Shown one piece after another: positions 48,093 to 57,926 of a stretch of 64,000 nt of DNA. Position numbers and translations under genes: made by a program. Origin of the DNA: Alphaproteobacteria bacterium. GTDB lineage: Bacteria > Pseudomonadota > Alphaproteobacteria > UBA7887. The stretch's first letter is position 1. Each line of letters opens with the position of its first letter. The stretch lies in NCBI GenBank assembly GCA_965216755.1, contig CBDCGL010000011.1, positions 1,600,001-1,664,000 on the forward strand, written 5' to 3'. Below the pieces are notes generated by a model that was not told where the DNA came from, searched no databases, and saw nothing but the letters and a program-made list of their open reading frames with translations.

Positions 48093-48770
48093 ATGCGCGA
48101 CCCCCGTGAAGATAGTAGTTTTTCTATTTTTCTCATATTTATTATTGTTTTGCTGGTCGGCTTGGGTCTTGGAATTGCTGGCTCTCGCTTCCTCAACGAC
48201 CCGGAATTTCGTGCGCTCTTGGCGCCCTGGCAAACCCTGATCACGGGCGGGCTTGCCGTTGTTGCGGCATTCATCGCGTTGGCCGCCGCTACGAGTGCCA
48301 CAACAGCAACAAGCGTGGCGGCGCATGCTCGGCGCGATGCCGATGCCGAAGACGCACGGGACGCCGTCGCCCTGGCCTTGCGTGCTGAAATCCTTGTCTT
48401 ACTCGACGGACTGGACCGGCGCCGCGAACTGTTGTTCTCTCTTGAGATCGCGGACGATAGTCGGCCGACCTTTGCTGCACCTTTGACACCCCTTCCGGAC
48501 ACAGTCGTATTCGACGGCAATGTTGGCAATCTCAGGCTTCTTGATGCCGCCGATTCGGAACATGTCGTGCGTTTCTATGCGCGATTTCGCGCATTTTCGC
48601 ACGAGTTCGGCACCACCGCCGGCCGTTCGCCGGGCAGAATGGCGCAGCTTGGCCGGACCGCGTGGCTTACGGCCATCGACGATTTGACTGAAATGGGCAA
48701 GATCTTGTCGGATCGCTTGTTGGAGATCGCTGATCGCCGTCGTCCCGGACGAGAGGCGAGCGATCCCTAG
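48093..48770 (+). CDS. Hypothetical membrane-anchored protein (paralog 2)
   Basis: Two N-terminal hydrophobic segments; ALALRAEI...VF.GN...L.LL......VV.FY. Confidence 0.7.
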   Translation: MRDPREDSSFSIFLIFIIVLLVGLGLGIAGSRFLNDPEFRALLAPWQTLITGGLAVVAAFIALAAATSATTATSVAAHARRDADAEDARDAVALALRAEILVLLDGLDRRRELLFSLEIADDSRPTFAAPLTPLPDTVVFDGNVGNLRLLDAADSEHVVRFYARFRAFSHEFGTTAGRSPGRMAQLGRTAWLTAIDDLTEMGKILSDRLLEIADRRRPGREASDP

Positions 48771-48936
48771 AGCCCTTTCGGACAATATGGAGCCGTTCTG
48801 CCGGAGCGATCTTGCGCCGAAATCAAGCCGGATGCGCGCCAGGTAGATTTGCCTTAGAAAAGTGCCATGATGTTATTCACGATCAGGGAACAGCGGCGAT
48901 AATCGGACACCAGGCGTCGCGCACACCAATTTCTCC

Positions 48937-49671
48937 ATGACCAAGCCAGAGACGCCCCTGCGGCGTTGGCGCAAGCGCCGTGGGCTCACCCAAAGCCAGT
49001 TGGCCGACCGCGTCGGTACGCGCCAACAACAGATCGCCAAGTTGGAAAACGCCCAGCGCCGCTTGAGCGACGACTGGCTCGGTCGTCTGGCGCAGGCTCT
49101 GGATATCGCGCCGTCGGATTTGTTACCGGGTTCGATTCCGAGCATTCCCGTACGTTATCTCGTCAGCAGCGCGTTCGCCGAATCGCGACCGGATCAGTTT
49201 GTCGTTCGCGACGACAATGACCGTGTCCATCCGCCGCGCGGGCTTGACGAGCCGGAGAATTGTGCGGCGGCCCGCATCCTGGATGACAGCGCGGACATTT
49301 TGTACGCGCCTGGATCGGAAGTAATTTACCGACCGATTGTTCAAATTGCAGTACCTCTGGAGATCGGAACCGAAATTTTGGTCCGCCACTATGCCGCGAC
49401 CCGTCGCACTGCGATGCCGATGGAAGTCTTGGTTGGCTACCTTGACGCAAATTTCGCGGGCGACCTTGTTTTGGTCACGCGCAGCAGCAACCGCCAGGTC
49501 CCGGCAAGTATTGTCATCCAACCATTTCGGGGGACAGCCGGTTTGACGGATCGAAGCGGCGAGTGGCGTGCCGCCCAACTGGGGTCGCGACCAACCATTA
49601 CCTATACGGCAAATGCCGACGACCCGGGTGATATCGTTGGCGTGATCGTTGCCGCCATGGTGGTCAAGTGA
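48937..49671 (+). CDS. XRE-family HTH regulator with a degenerate S24-like C-terminal domain
   Basis: LRRWRKRRGLTQSQLA..VG.....IAKLE HTH; C-terminal AARILDDSA...Y.PG and IVGVIV resemble cI-type tails. Confidence 0.8.
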   Translation: MTKPETPLRRWRKRRGLTQSQLADRVGTRQQQIAKLENAQRRLSDDWLGRLAQALDIAPSDLLPGSIPSIPVRYLVSSAFAESRPDQFVVRDDNDRVHPPRGLDEPENCAAARILDDSADILYAPGSEVIYRPIVQIAVPLEIGTEILVRHYAATRRTAMPMEVLVGYLDANFAGDLVLVTRSSNRQVPASIVIQPFRGTAGLTDRSGEWRAAQLGSRPTITYTANADDPGDIVGVIVAAMVVK

Positions 49672-49739
49672 GACCGACGCCCACCCCAACGATCCAGAAC
49701 CACCCGCACCACAGTTTGGGTCGCAACTTTCGATTAATT

Positions 49740-49782
49740 ACCCCATTTTGGGGTTGATCGAACCTGATTTTTGGCGTATTCG
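49740..49782 (+). promoter_or_regulatory. Palindromic operator candidate overlapping a putative promoter
   Basis: ACCCCA-ttt-TGGGGT (49740-49754) abuts TTGATC-N17-TATTCG upstream of ORF 49814. Confidence 0.4.
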
Positions 49783-49813
49783 TTCCTTAGCCTGACATTC
49801 AAAGTGGCCGATC

Positions 49814-50110
49814 ATGCCAGCATGCGATCCACCACGAGTACGCCCCACAATTATTGGCCAGCCTTCGAGCCAATCCAGCCAACGCAAGATCGATATGTGC
49901 GTGGAAACGCTGTTTGGCTATGTACTGTCGGAACTACGGCCAACCTATGGCGATGCCCCGACTTTGGCGGCGTTACAAGCAGTATTTGTCAGCTTGGCAA
50001 AGGAAAGCGGCTTCCTTGAGGCAGCCATTCAAGCGACAAAAGATCAACTCAATCTAATGGAGAATCATTCGGAGCTCATAAATACCCGTGTTCTTGGCGG
50101 CCGACAGTAG
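49814..50110 (+). CDS. Hypothetical protein (98 aa)
   Basis: ATG ORF with a plausible helical C-terminal half, downstream of the candidate promoter. Confidence 0.5.
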   Translation: MPACDPPRVRPTIIGQPSSQSSQRKIDMCVETLFGYVLSELRPTYGDAPTLAALQAVFVSLAKESGFLEAAIQATKDQLNLMENHSELINTRVLGGRQ

Positions 50111-50340
50111 CGCTGCGCCTGTTCCACGAACGGTCGCGTGCCGCGGGGACTCAGCCGATTTTCGGGTTGAAAATTAGCTCCGAAATGAAATAGCAGCCCG
50201 CCCACAGCACGGATCTGTTGCTCCAGCGTACCACCTCGGTCATGCTCACTGACAAGCGACCTGACGATGAGGTCAGCCAATCCAACGGCAATGAAGGGGT
50301 TTTGCGGCGGGATTTTGTGCCGTGATGTTTGGAACGAGCG

Positions 50341-51096
50341 ATGACCATCCACGATCCCATTCACGCGCTTCGGTCCATGATCAAGGGTCATCGGACGATC
50401 GCCGTCTTCACCGGCGCAGGCATCAGTACAGAATCAGGTATTCCGGATTTTCGTAGCCCTGGAGGCATCTGGACGAAGTTCAAGCCAATCGACTTTCGCG
50501 AATTCATTGGGTCCGAAGCGGCGCGACGGGAATATTGGCAACGAAAGTTTGGATCGGACCCGGTTATAGCGGATGCCCGACCCAATCGTGGGCATCGTGC
50601 CGTCGCACATTTGATTGGCCAAGGCCGCGCGACGGCGGTCATCACCCAAAATGTCGACGGACTACACCAGGCCGCCGGGGTGCCCGAGAACAAGGTCATC
50701 GAGTTGCATGGCAATACCACCTACGCGAAGTGCCTTTCATGTGCGGCGCACTACGCGCTAGACATATTGCGGGAGCGTTTCAATGTGTCCGGGAACCCGC
50801 CGACGTGCGATGATTGCGGTGGTCTGATCAAACCGGCAACGATTTCGTTTGGACAACCCATGCCCGAGGCCGAAATGCGATTGGCGGAACGGCAGACCCT
50901 GGCGTGCGATTTGTTTCTGGTATTGGGTTCGTCATTGTCGGTTCAGCCCGCGGCTGGATTTCCGGTACTCGCCAAACGAAACGGCGCCACGCTCGCGATC
51001 GTTAATCGTGATGCGACTCCCCTCGATGGTGTCGCAGACCTTGCGCTGCACAGCGAAATCGGCGACACGCTGGGGGCCGCGGTTGGTATCGCCTAA
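50341..51096 (+). CDS. cobB: NAD-dependent protein deacylase (sirtuin)
   Basis: GAGISTESGIPDFR, TQNVDGLH, ELHG, CxxC..CxxC and GSSL.V.P motifs. Confidence 0.93.
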   Translation: MTIHDPIHALRSMIKGHRTIAVFTGAGISTESGIPDFRSPGGIWTKFKPIDFREFIGSEAARREYWQRKFGSDPVIADARPNRGHRAVAHLIGQGRATAVITQNVDGLHQAAGVPENKVIELHGNTTYAKCLSCAAHYALDILRERFNVSGNPPTCDDCGGLIKPATISFGQPMPEAEMRLAERQTLACDLFLVLGSSLSVQPAAGFPVLAKRNGATLAIVNRDATPLDGVADLALHSEIGDTLGAAVGIA

Positions 51097-51394
51097 CCAT
51101 CGGATATTTTCCTCAAATTCGAAATTTATTTGCCCTGCCTTGGTGGGGCGCGACGATAGCCGGTTATTTGATAGTTCCGTGACGGGCGTCACAATCGTGC
51201 GCCACGACAAGACACTAGATTGACAGCATGACACCAGATACGACCCAAGAATGGATCTACATTATGACCATCGCTGCCGCGGCAGTGTCGTTGACGGCTA
51301 TGGTCTTTCAAACCGGTCGATGGTTTACAGGACTCATGGCTGTCACATTGTGGGGTGGTGTCGCCCTTTCGCTCACTGCGCGGCTAGCCTTTTT

Positions 51395-51501
51395 CTAGCG
51401 CACATCACGCTCAATTGCGGTCGCACTATATTCAATAATTATTTGATATTATTAGATATAATTTGGTTCAGGCGGAGTCGCTTGAACAAAGATTGATCTG
51501 G
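51395..51501. repeat. 107-bp CTAG-bounded interspersed repeat, copy A
   Basis: Aligns without gaps to 52006..52112 (67/107 identical by manual count); central TATTTGATA; ends ATTGATCTGG. Confidence 0.75.
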
Positions 51502-52005
51502 CGACCGTTCCCAGTACCCGCGGCATCCAGCCCACTTTCTGACGATATTGATTCATGTCCGTTGGCGATCGGGCGTTGCGATCCACGCGAAAGGCCGCAC
51601 AGCTTGATGTCTTGCATAGAGCAAGCCGTCAGACGTTGTGGTCGCCCACGTCGAATCCAACGCGGTCGCCCGCTGATCAGCAACCGGCAGGATGGTCAAA
51701 TCTGGTCGGCAAGTACGCGAGCCTTGATCGTCTGGACCATTCCAGCCCATCATCTTCGCGCGATCCCAAACCGATACGCTCAATATGGCTGACGACCGGG
51801 CATCTGACCCACATTCCGCGCGCGACGATGGTGACCCGCGCCCGACGGGAACATTGTTAGTTCCAGCAGAATTGCCTGAGTCGGAACTCCGGCGTGTCAC
51901 ACGTCTCGCCTGGCGACCGGCTTGGCGGCAACGGTACCGGCGCGGCTGCCTCGAACCGCTACTTTGTATCCTGCGAGTCTGTTCCCGACCCCGCAATCAC
52001 CGATC

Positions 52006-52112
52006 CTAGAGCGTTTGACGCTCAAAAGCGTTGGCGCGAAGTGATCTATCTATTTGATACAGTTCAATTTAACTTCGTTCCAACGACTCTGTATGAACGA
52101 ACATTGATCTAG
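52006..52112. repeat. 107-bp CTAG-bounded interspersed repeat, copy B
   Basis: CTAG at both ends; internal inverted repeat CGTTGGCGCGAAGT (52029-52042) / ACTTCGTTCCAACG (52072-52085). Confidence 0.8.
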
Positions 52113-52117
52113 CAACC

Positions 52118-53098
52118 TCAGGTCTCAATGTCGTCAAACAGAGCGGTAGAAAGATACCTTTCCGCAAATGACGGAATGATAACCACCATCAATTTACCTT
52201 CCGATTCGGGACGTTGACCGACGGTCACTGCAGCATGCAGCGCGGCCCCTGACGAAATACCCAACGGCGCGCCCTCAAGAGGCGCGACTTTTCGGGCCAT
52301 GGCCATGGCCTCGTCATTGCTGACTTGAATGATCTCATCGATTTGATCGGTGTCGAGAATATCCGGCACGAAGCCAGCGCCGATCCCCTGGATCTTGTGG
52401 GGTCCCGGCGCCCCACCCGACAGAACCGGGCTGTGTGTCGGCTCAACCGCGACCATCTTCAAACCCGGCCTTCGCTCGCGTAATACCTGGGCCGTACCCG
52501 TCAGCGTGCCCCCGGTCCCAATACCGCTGACGATGATATCCACCTGGCCGCTTGTATCCCGCCAAATCTCTTCAGCCGTCGTGCGGCGGTGGATAGCGGG
52601 ATTTGCCGGATTCTGGAACTGTTGCGGCATGATCGATCCCGGAATCTCATCAAGCAGCTCATTTGCCCGGGCGATCGCGCCGTTCATGCCCTTCGGCCCT
52701 TCGGTCAATACGATCTCGGCGCCCAAAAAACGCAGCATCTTGCGCCTCTCAATCGACATCGTCTCCGGCATGGTGAGTATCAGACGATAGCCCTTCGCCG
52801 CCGCAACAAATGCCAGAGCGATGCCAGTGTTTCCCGACGTTGGCTCAATTAAGGTATCGCCCGGCTTGATCCGCCCCGATTCTTCCAAGGCTTCGATCAT
52901 CGACACACCGATGCGATCCTTCACCGATGCCAGCGGATTAAAGAACTCCAACTTGCCGACCAAATCAGCCCGACAATTTGTCGCGTCCGCCAGTTTCTTG
53001 AAGCGAACCAGTGGTGTGTTGCCGATCGTCTCGATGATGCTGTCGTAAATCCGGCCGCGGCAATCGACGGCTGGCTCTTGATCCAATTTTGAACTCAT
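52118..53098 (-). CDS. cysK: Cysteine synthase A
   Basis: [31 protein letters not shown] and ERYLST motifs. Confidence 0.97.
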   Translation of the reverse strand: MSSKLDQEPAVDCRGRIYDSIIETIGNTPLVRFKKLADATNCRADLVGKLEFFNPLASVKDRIGVSMIEALEESGRIKPGDTLIEPTSGNTGIALAFVAAAKGYRLILTMPETMSIERRKMLRFLGAEIVLTEGPKGMNGAIARANELLDEIPGSIMPQQFQNPANPAIHRRTTAEEIWRDTSGQVDIIVSGIGTGGTLTGTAQVLRERRPGLKMVAVEPTHSPVLSGGAPGPHKIQGIGAGFVPDILDTDQIDEIIQVSNDEAMAMARKVAPLEGAPLGISSGAALHAAVTVGQRPESEGKLMVVIIPSFAERYLSTALFDDIET

Positions 53099-53202
53099 GT
53101 CATCTGCCTCCGCACTCCCACGCACTACGCCGACCCTTCAGCTAACACAACGCCTATGCGCCGCGCTATCCTAAACGGATCGGCGATGAGCCAGCTACGT
53201 GC

Positions 53203-53403
53203 TTACGGCTTTGTGTCCGCCTCAAACGCAGCGCCAAGGCGAGCCTCAAGATCGCGCAGATCATCCGGTATCGGCATGTTCATCGCCCGCATACTGTTAA
53301 TAAGCTGCTGAAGGCGAAGGCAAATCTCGTGTGAGTCGCCAAGATCGCCTTCCATCTCGGCAAGCAAGTCCATCACGGCCGCTTCGATTTCCTCGCGATC
53401 CAT
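53203..53403 (-). CDS. Small hypothetical protein (66 aa)
   Basis: GGAGG RBS; acidic helical protein directly downstream of the HPF-CSD gene. Confidence 0.7.
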   Translation of the reverse strand: MDREEIEAAVMDLLAEMEGDLGDSHEICLRLQQLINSMRAMNMPIPDDLRDLEARLGAAFEADTKP

Positions 53404-53435
53404 ATTCGGGACCCCTCCTTTTCGACAACAAGCAC

Positions 53436-53999
53436 CTACACAATGTGGTGTTTGCCAACCGGTCGAACGCTGGTCGCTTGCGGACCTTCATCGCCGACCG
53501 CTTCGCTAAATCGCACTTCGGTGCCAACCTCAAGCGAATCAAAGTCGGCGCCGATCACACTGTTGCGGTGAAAATAGATCTCACGTCCGTCGGCACTGGC
53601 CAGAAATCCGTGATCGGCGTTCGCGACCAAGCGCACGACGCGACCATGGGGCGGCGCTTCGTGAAACTTGGTTCGGCCCCGACGTTCCCGAACGTGGTCT
53701 CGCAATTGCCGTTGCGCGGCGCTAAACGCATCGCGCAGGGCAACGTAGACGTCCTCATGGGCGTGCTTATCATGTTGGTCACGATTGACCACGATCTCCC
53801 GACCCGGCGTGGTGATGTCGATACGAACGTGAAATATGCGGCCTTTGTGATGACGACGATGGTGCGCCTCGACCATCACCCGGCAACTGGTCATGCGATC
53901 GTGAAGCTGCTCAAGTTTGGCCACGTGCTCTCTGATCCGGCTTTCGACGGCGTCGGAGTGACCAAAATCGCGAAAGGTGATCTGAAGCGGAATCTCCAT
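53436..53999 (-). CDS. HPF/RaiA ribosome-associated domain fused to a cold-shock domain
   Basis: N-terminal PLQITFR...HEDVYVALRDAF (S30AE-like); C-terminal HGFL...DGREIYFHRNSV...GPQA (CSD). Confidence 0.9.
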   Translation of the reverse strand: MEIPLQITFRDFGHSDAVESRIREHVAKLEQLHDRMTSCRVMVEAHHRRHHKGRIFHVRIDITTPGREIVVNRDQHDKHAHEDVYVALRDAFSAAQRQLRDHVRERRGRTKFHEAPPHGRVVRLVANADHGFLASADGREIYFHRNSVIGADFDSLEVGTEVRFSEAVGDEGPQATSVRPVGKHHIV

Positions 54000-54146
54000 A
54001 ATTCGCTCCTCGACTTGTCAGAATGAGCTGTCGACACAGGCATGCACCGTGATTTGGGCGCGATGTCTAAGCCATTGTCGTAACAGCCATATCCGCTGAT
54101 AAATAATCATACCATGATGCAAGCCAAAACGCTGGTCGGGATGACA

Positions 54147-55712
54147 CTATGATTTTGTGGTGTTTCGAACACTTTGTACAAGCGGCATCAAAACCAACGA
54201 CAGGGCGACCAAAGCCGCGACGACGACCGTAATTTCATTGAAAGCCTGAATGACAGCCTCGCGTTCGACCAAACGCGTCAAAATCTGGACCTGCGCGGTC
54301 GCCAGCGCCGGAGATTCACCGATCCCATTGCCGATTAGGCTGTTTAGTACGCCATAAATGTCACCGGCATATTGCTGGCCAACAGGCAGCTGCTCGCGAT
54401 ATTCGTGATAGTGGATCTGCGCGCGCGTCACCAAGAAACTATTGGCGATGGCCACGGCAACAGCCGCGCCCAACCGCATCGTCAGCTGAAACAGCGCCGT
54501 CCCGTCTTTGACCTTGTCGATTGGCAACAGCCCCAATGCCAAGCCGATCATCGACAAAAAACACATCTGAGTCGCAAAACCACGCAGCAACTGCGGCAGG
54601 AGCAAATAGACGAAATCGACGTCGGCGGTCAGTCGTCCTTGGGCCCAGGTACCCACGGCCAACAGCGAAAAACCGACCAACGCTACGGTCCGCCGCCGGA
54701 AATAGCGCAACAACGTCGGCACCAAGAATCCGGCGAACATCATCGAAACGCCAAGAACAAACAACCACGATCCGATTTGAAAAGTATTGAGCCCAATAAT
54801 CCGCGCAAGAAAAAGTGGTAATAAATAGAGTGGCACAAACAAACCAGCGCCAAATATCATTATGTAAAACGCGCCAATGGCGAAGTTACGATTCTTGAAA
54901 ATGCGCAAATCGACGACCGGGTAGCGACAAGTCAGCTCGCGCCATACCAATACCAAGCCGCTGATTGCGGTGATGATTGTCAAAGTGACGATCATTTCTG
55001 ATTCAAACCAGTCGGCGCGCCGCCCTTCTTCCAGAACGATCAGCAAACACATGAAAAAAACGGCCAGCAGCGCGATGCCCGGGATATCGATTTGCCGCCC
55101 CAACTCCCAGTCCGGTCGGTCGAAGTCAACCAAGACAAACACCGTGACCGTAGCCAAGATGCCGAACGGCACGTTGAATAAGAACAGCCATTGCCACGAC
55201 AAGGATTCACTAATCCAGCCCCCTAAGCTGGGGCCGAGCGCTACCGCGCCGGTTCCCAGGACAGATACGATGGCGATGAGGTTATCCTGGTAACGGCGGG
55301 GAAATGCGGCGTAGACCGTCGAGAACACCATGGGCGCCATGGCACCGCCAAAGAAACCCTGCGATGCCCGAAACACGATCATCGACTCGATGCTTGTGGC
55401 GCTGGCGCACGCGATGCTCGCCAAAGTAAAACCGGCGCCGCACAGCGTGAAAAGGTAGCGTGTCGAAAAAAGCCGCGATAGCCAACCGGACATCGGAATC
55501 ATGATCACTTCGGCAATCAAAGATGCCGTCAACACCCAGCTCACTTCATCCGGACCCGCAGCGAGGCCGGCGCGGATCTCATCGAATGAACTGCCGACAA
55601 TCTGGATGTTCAAAACAGCCAGGAACATCCCCAGCGCCATGCCAATAAACGCGAGAAGGTTGCGACCCCCAAGGCGGCGTTCGCCGACGCTGTCAATCAC
55701 CTCAGCCGTCAT
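54147..55712 (-). CDS. DHA2-family (EmrB-like) MFS efflux permease
   Basis: LGMFLAVLNIQIV, WV.T..LIAE, GP.LGGWI and W.WLF..NVP.G motifs; about 14 TM. Confidence 0.92.
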   Translation of the reverse strand: MTAEVIDSVGERRLGGRNLLAFIGMALGMFLAVLNIQIVGSSFDEIRAGLAAGPDEVSWVLTASLIAEVIMIPMSGWLSRLFSTRYLFTLCGAGFTLASIACASATSIESMIVFRASQGFFGGAMAPMVFSTVYAAFPRRYQDNLIAIVSVLGTGAVALGPSLGGWISESLSWQWLFLFNVPFGILATVTVFVLVDFDRPDWELGRQIDIPGIALLAVFFMCLLIVLEEGRRADWFESEMIVTLTIITAISGLVLVWRELTCRYPVVDLRIFKNRNFAIGAFYIMIFGAGLFVPLYLLPLFLARIIGLNTFQIGSWLFVLGVSMMFAGFLVPTLLRYFRRRTVALVGFSLLAVGTWAQGRLTADVDFVYLLLPQLLRGFATQMCFLSMIGLALGLLPIDKVKDGTALFQLTMRLGAAVAVAIANSFLVTRAQIHYHEYREQLPVGQQYAGDIYGVLNSLIGNGIGESPALATAQVQILTRLVEREAVIQAFNEITVVVAALVALSLVLMPLVQSVRNTTKS

Positions 55713-55951
55713 GGTAACCGAAGCGACCATGACCAACTGCGGCGTCCGACACATCGCTGGACATGCTGGTCATTCGCAAACAAACATCTTTTCGTCCCAT
55801 GGAGTCGCTCGCAAATCCGGAACTTTTCCTGAAAGCATAGGAATATTGCCGTGGACCCAATCGCGCGGCTTGTCCATGATTACCTATCCCGTCCGTGGCA
55901 CGCGTCATCGTGCGCGGGCCCGATCCCGCAGGCCTGACAAAGGACCGTGTC

Positions 55952-57058
55952 ATGAACAGGATCGCTCTGCTTACCGCAATTCTTGGCTTAGTCGTTGGCA
56001 TTTTTGCTGGTCAACTCTGGACAAAAGACGAAACTTCGGGTGACGTCGCTGGCGACCTTGGCAACGGCAACGAACAAGCGCCACAAGCGGAGCGGATCCG
56101 CTGGAAGCTTGCCAGCGCCTTTCCCTCGGAGATGACCTTGCTCGGTGTCCAGGGCAAGCGTTTCGAGTCGCGCATCAGTACCGTGTCCGGCGGCGAGATC
56201 GAAATGAAATTTTTCGACCCGGGTGCGCTCGTGCCAGCGCTTGAGATATTTGATGCCGTGTCGGCCGGATCGATCGATGCAGGTTGGTCGTCATCAGGAT
56301 ACTGGGCCGGGAAAATGCCCGCGGCACAGATTTTCAATTCGGTGCCGTTCGGCCCACAGTTTGGCGAGCTCATGGCCTGGATGCGTTACGGCGGCGGTCA
56401 GGAACTGTTCCAAGAACTCTATCATCCGCACAATGTACATCCTTTGGTGTGTTTCTTCGTCCCGCAAGATGGCTCAGGCTGGTTCCGTGATCCCATCGAC
56501 ACGCTCGAGGACTTCGCCGGCCTCAAAGTGCGCTATTTGGGTCTCGGCGCGCGTGTCCTAGAGAAATTCGGGGCGTCGACACAAATCTTGGCGGGCGGCG
56601 ACATCTTTCCGGCTCTAGAACTTGGGACAATCGACGCTGCCGAATTCTCCATGCCGGCGATCGATCTTGATCTCGGTCTGTATCAGGTCGCCAAACACTA
56701 TTACCTGCCCGGTTGGCACCAACCTGCCAATATGGGCGAGCTGATCATCAATCTGGACCGTTGGAAAAGCCTAGCGGACCGTCAGAAGGCTCTGATCGAG
56801 ACCACCTGTGGCGAAGCACTGGTTGACAGTATCGCCTCTGGTGAATCCGCCCAATCCGATGCGCTACGCGAGCTTGAGCAAAAAGGAGTCACGATCCACC
56901 GCTGGCCGCCAGACATGATAAAGGCATTTCACGACGGCTGGATGCAAGTCGCCGAAGAAACCGCAGCGACGGATCCTGATTTCGCCCGCATGTGGCAATC
57001 CTTGAAGGACTTCCGTGTCAAGTACGACATTTGGCGAACGTTCGGCGATATGGATTAG
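55952..57058 (+). CDS. Orphan TRAP substrate-binding protein (TakP-like)
   Basis: LVPALEIFDAV, YW.GK, PFG, GWF, ALE.GTIDAAEF and YY.PGWHQP motifs. Confidence 0.9.
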   Translation: MNRIALLTAILGLVVGIFAGQLWTKDETSGDVAGDLGNGNEQAPQAERIRWKLASAFPSEMTLLGVQGKRFESRISTVSGGEIEMKFFDPGALVPALEIFDAVSAGSIDAGWSSSGYWAGKMPAAQIFNSVPFGPQFGELMAWMRYGGGQELFQELYHPHNVHPLVCFFVPQDGSGWFRDPIDTLEDFAGLKVRYLGLGARVLEKFGASTQILAGGDIFPALELGTIDAAEFSMPAIDLDLGLYQVAKHYYLPGWHQPANMGELIINLDRWKSLADRQKALIETTCGEALVDSIASGESAQSDALRELEQKGVTIHRWPPDMIKAFHDGWMQVAEETAATDPDFARMWQSLKDFRVKYDIWRTFGDMD

Positions 57059-57059
57059 G

Positions 57060-57926
57060 TCACGCATGGGAATGGGAGTCGGCGTCCCAAATTACGGACA
57101 CGCCGCAAGCGTCTGCCGCTGCGGTGCCCGTTGACGGCGGCTTGGCGCAATGGACGGCAATCCCGGCAAGAGTCGGACCGTGGTCGATATCGCGCATGTT
57201 GAAATTGGGCGCGATGTCAGCGATTCGCTCGGGCGTCAATACCCAAAGGTTTTGGTCAGCGCCGCAATGTAGGCGGACCCCGCCTTCGACCGGCTGCATT
57301 GGTGAACCGGTCAGTCGTTCCAGGAATGGAACATGTTGAGAAGGCCGCGTCGCGACAAGAAATACGGACGCGAGGCCCGATGCGCCGTTTGCGTGACGCT
57401 GGAATGGTTGTTTCCAGAAATTCTGCGGATAGTGGTTCTGGCAAAAATAGAACGCGCAATCGGGCATCGCAGGGTCGGTTGTGAACGCCAAAGTGAAGGC
57501 CACGCGCGACACGCTGCCGTCCGGCGCGCGCGCCTCGCGCCCGAAATCCAGAGGCGCGTAGCTCTTGCAGCCAAGCGCACATAGGCGATTGGCATCTGCG
57601 CGTGCGTCGTCGCTGGCAAAAACCAATGCCGCCATGCCTTCGCGTTTCGCGACATAGTCCCTGATATGCGCGCCGAAACTAAACTCTGGTGGTTGTGCCG
57701 CAAAGTCATGGTCAACCGCGGTTTCAGGTCGGTCGACCGTGACCAATTCAATAAAGCTGTGATTGTCGAATTGCACCAGACGATTCGACGTGCCCATGTG
57801 GTCTGGGTGGCGCGCAAGGGGCGTCACCGTGAATCCAAGCCGCGCGTAGATTTCAGCCGCCGCATCCAAATTACGCACCGCCACGACAATGTGGTCAATC
57901 GGACGACCGATGAGGCGGTTCGTCAT
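57060..57926 (-). CDS. VOC/glyoxalase-like family protein
   Basis: IDHIVVAV.NLD, LGF, HP..GT.N, IEL and H.NGA motifs. Confidence 0.85.
   Translation of the reverse strand: MTNRLIGRPIDHIVVAVRNLDAAAEIYARLGFTVTPLARHPDHMGTSNRLVQFDNHSFIELVTVDRPETAVDHDFAAQPPEFSFGAHIRDYVAKREGMAALVFASDDARADANRLCALGCKSYAPLDFGREARAPDGSVSRVAFTLAFTTDPAMPDCAFYFCQNHYPQNFWKQPFQRHANGASGLASVFLVATRPSQHVPFLERLTGSPMQPVEGGVRLHCGADQNLWVLTPERIADIAPNFNMRDIDHGPTLAGIAVHCAKPPSTGTAAADACGVSVIWDADSHSHA

Noticed and set aside
48767-48873. Third copy of the CTAG element (begins CTAGAGCCCTTT)
   Set aside because: Similarity is confined to the first few bases, with no central TATTTGATA and no closing CTAG.
50341-51096. Sirtuin as an anti-phage SIR2 effector (Thoeris/DSR type)
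   Set aside because: It is a single-domain ~250-aa protein with a zinc ribbon and canonical deacylase motifs, and has no defence partner genes.
51502-52005. ORFs between the two 107-bp repeats (51463..51792, 51553..51996, 51555..51860)
   Set aside because: They overlap, are Arg/Ser-rich and lack an RBS or motifs. None is supportable as a gene, and no tRNA cloverleaf was seen.
51395-52112. CRISPR array or integron attC interpretation of the repeats
   Set aside because: There are only two long diverged copies, no regular spacers, no GTTRRRY cores and no cas or integrase gene.
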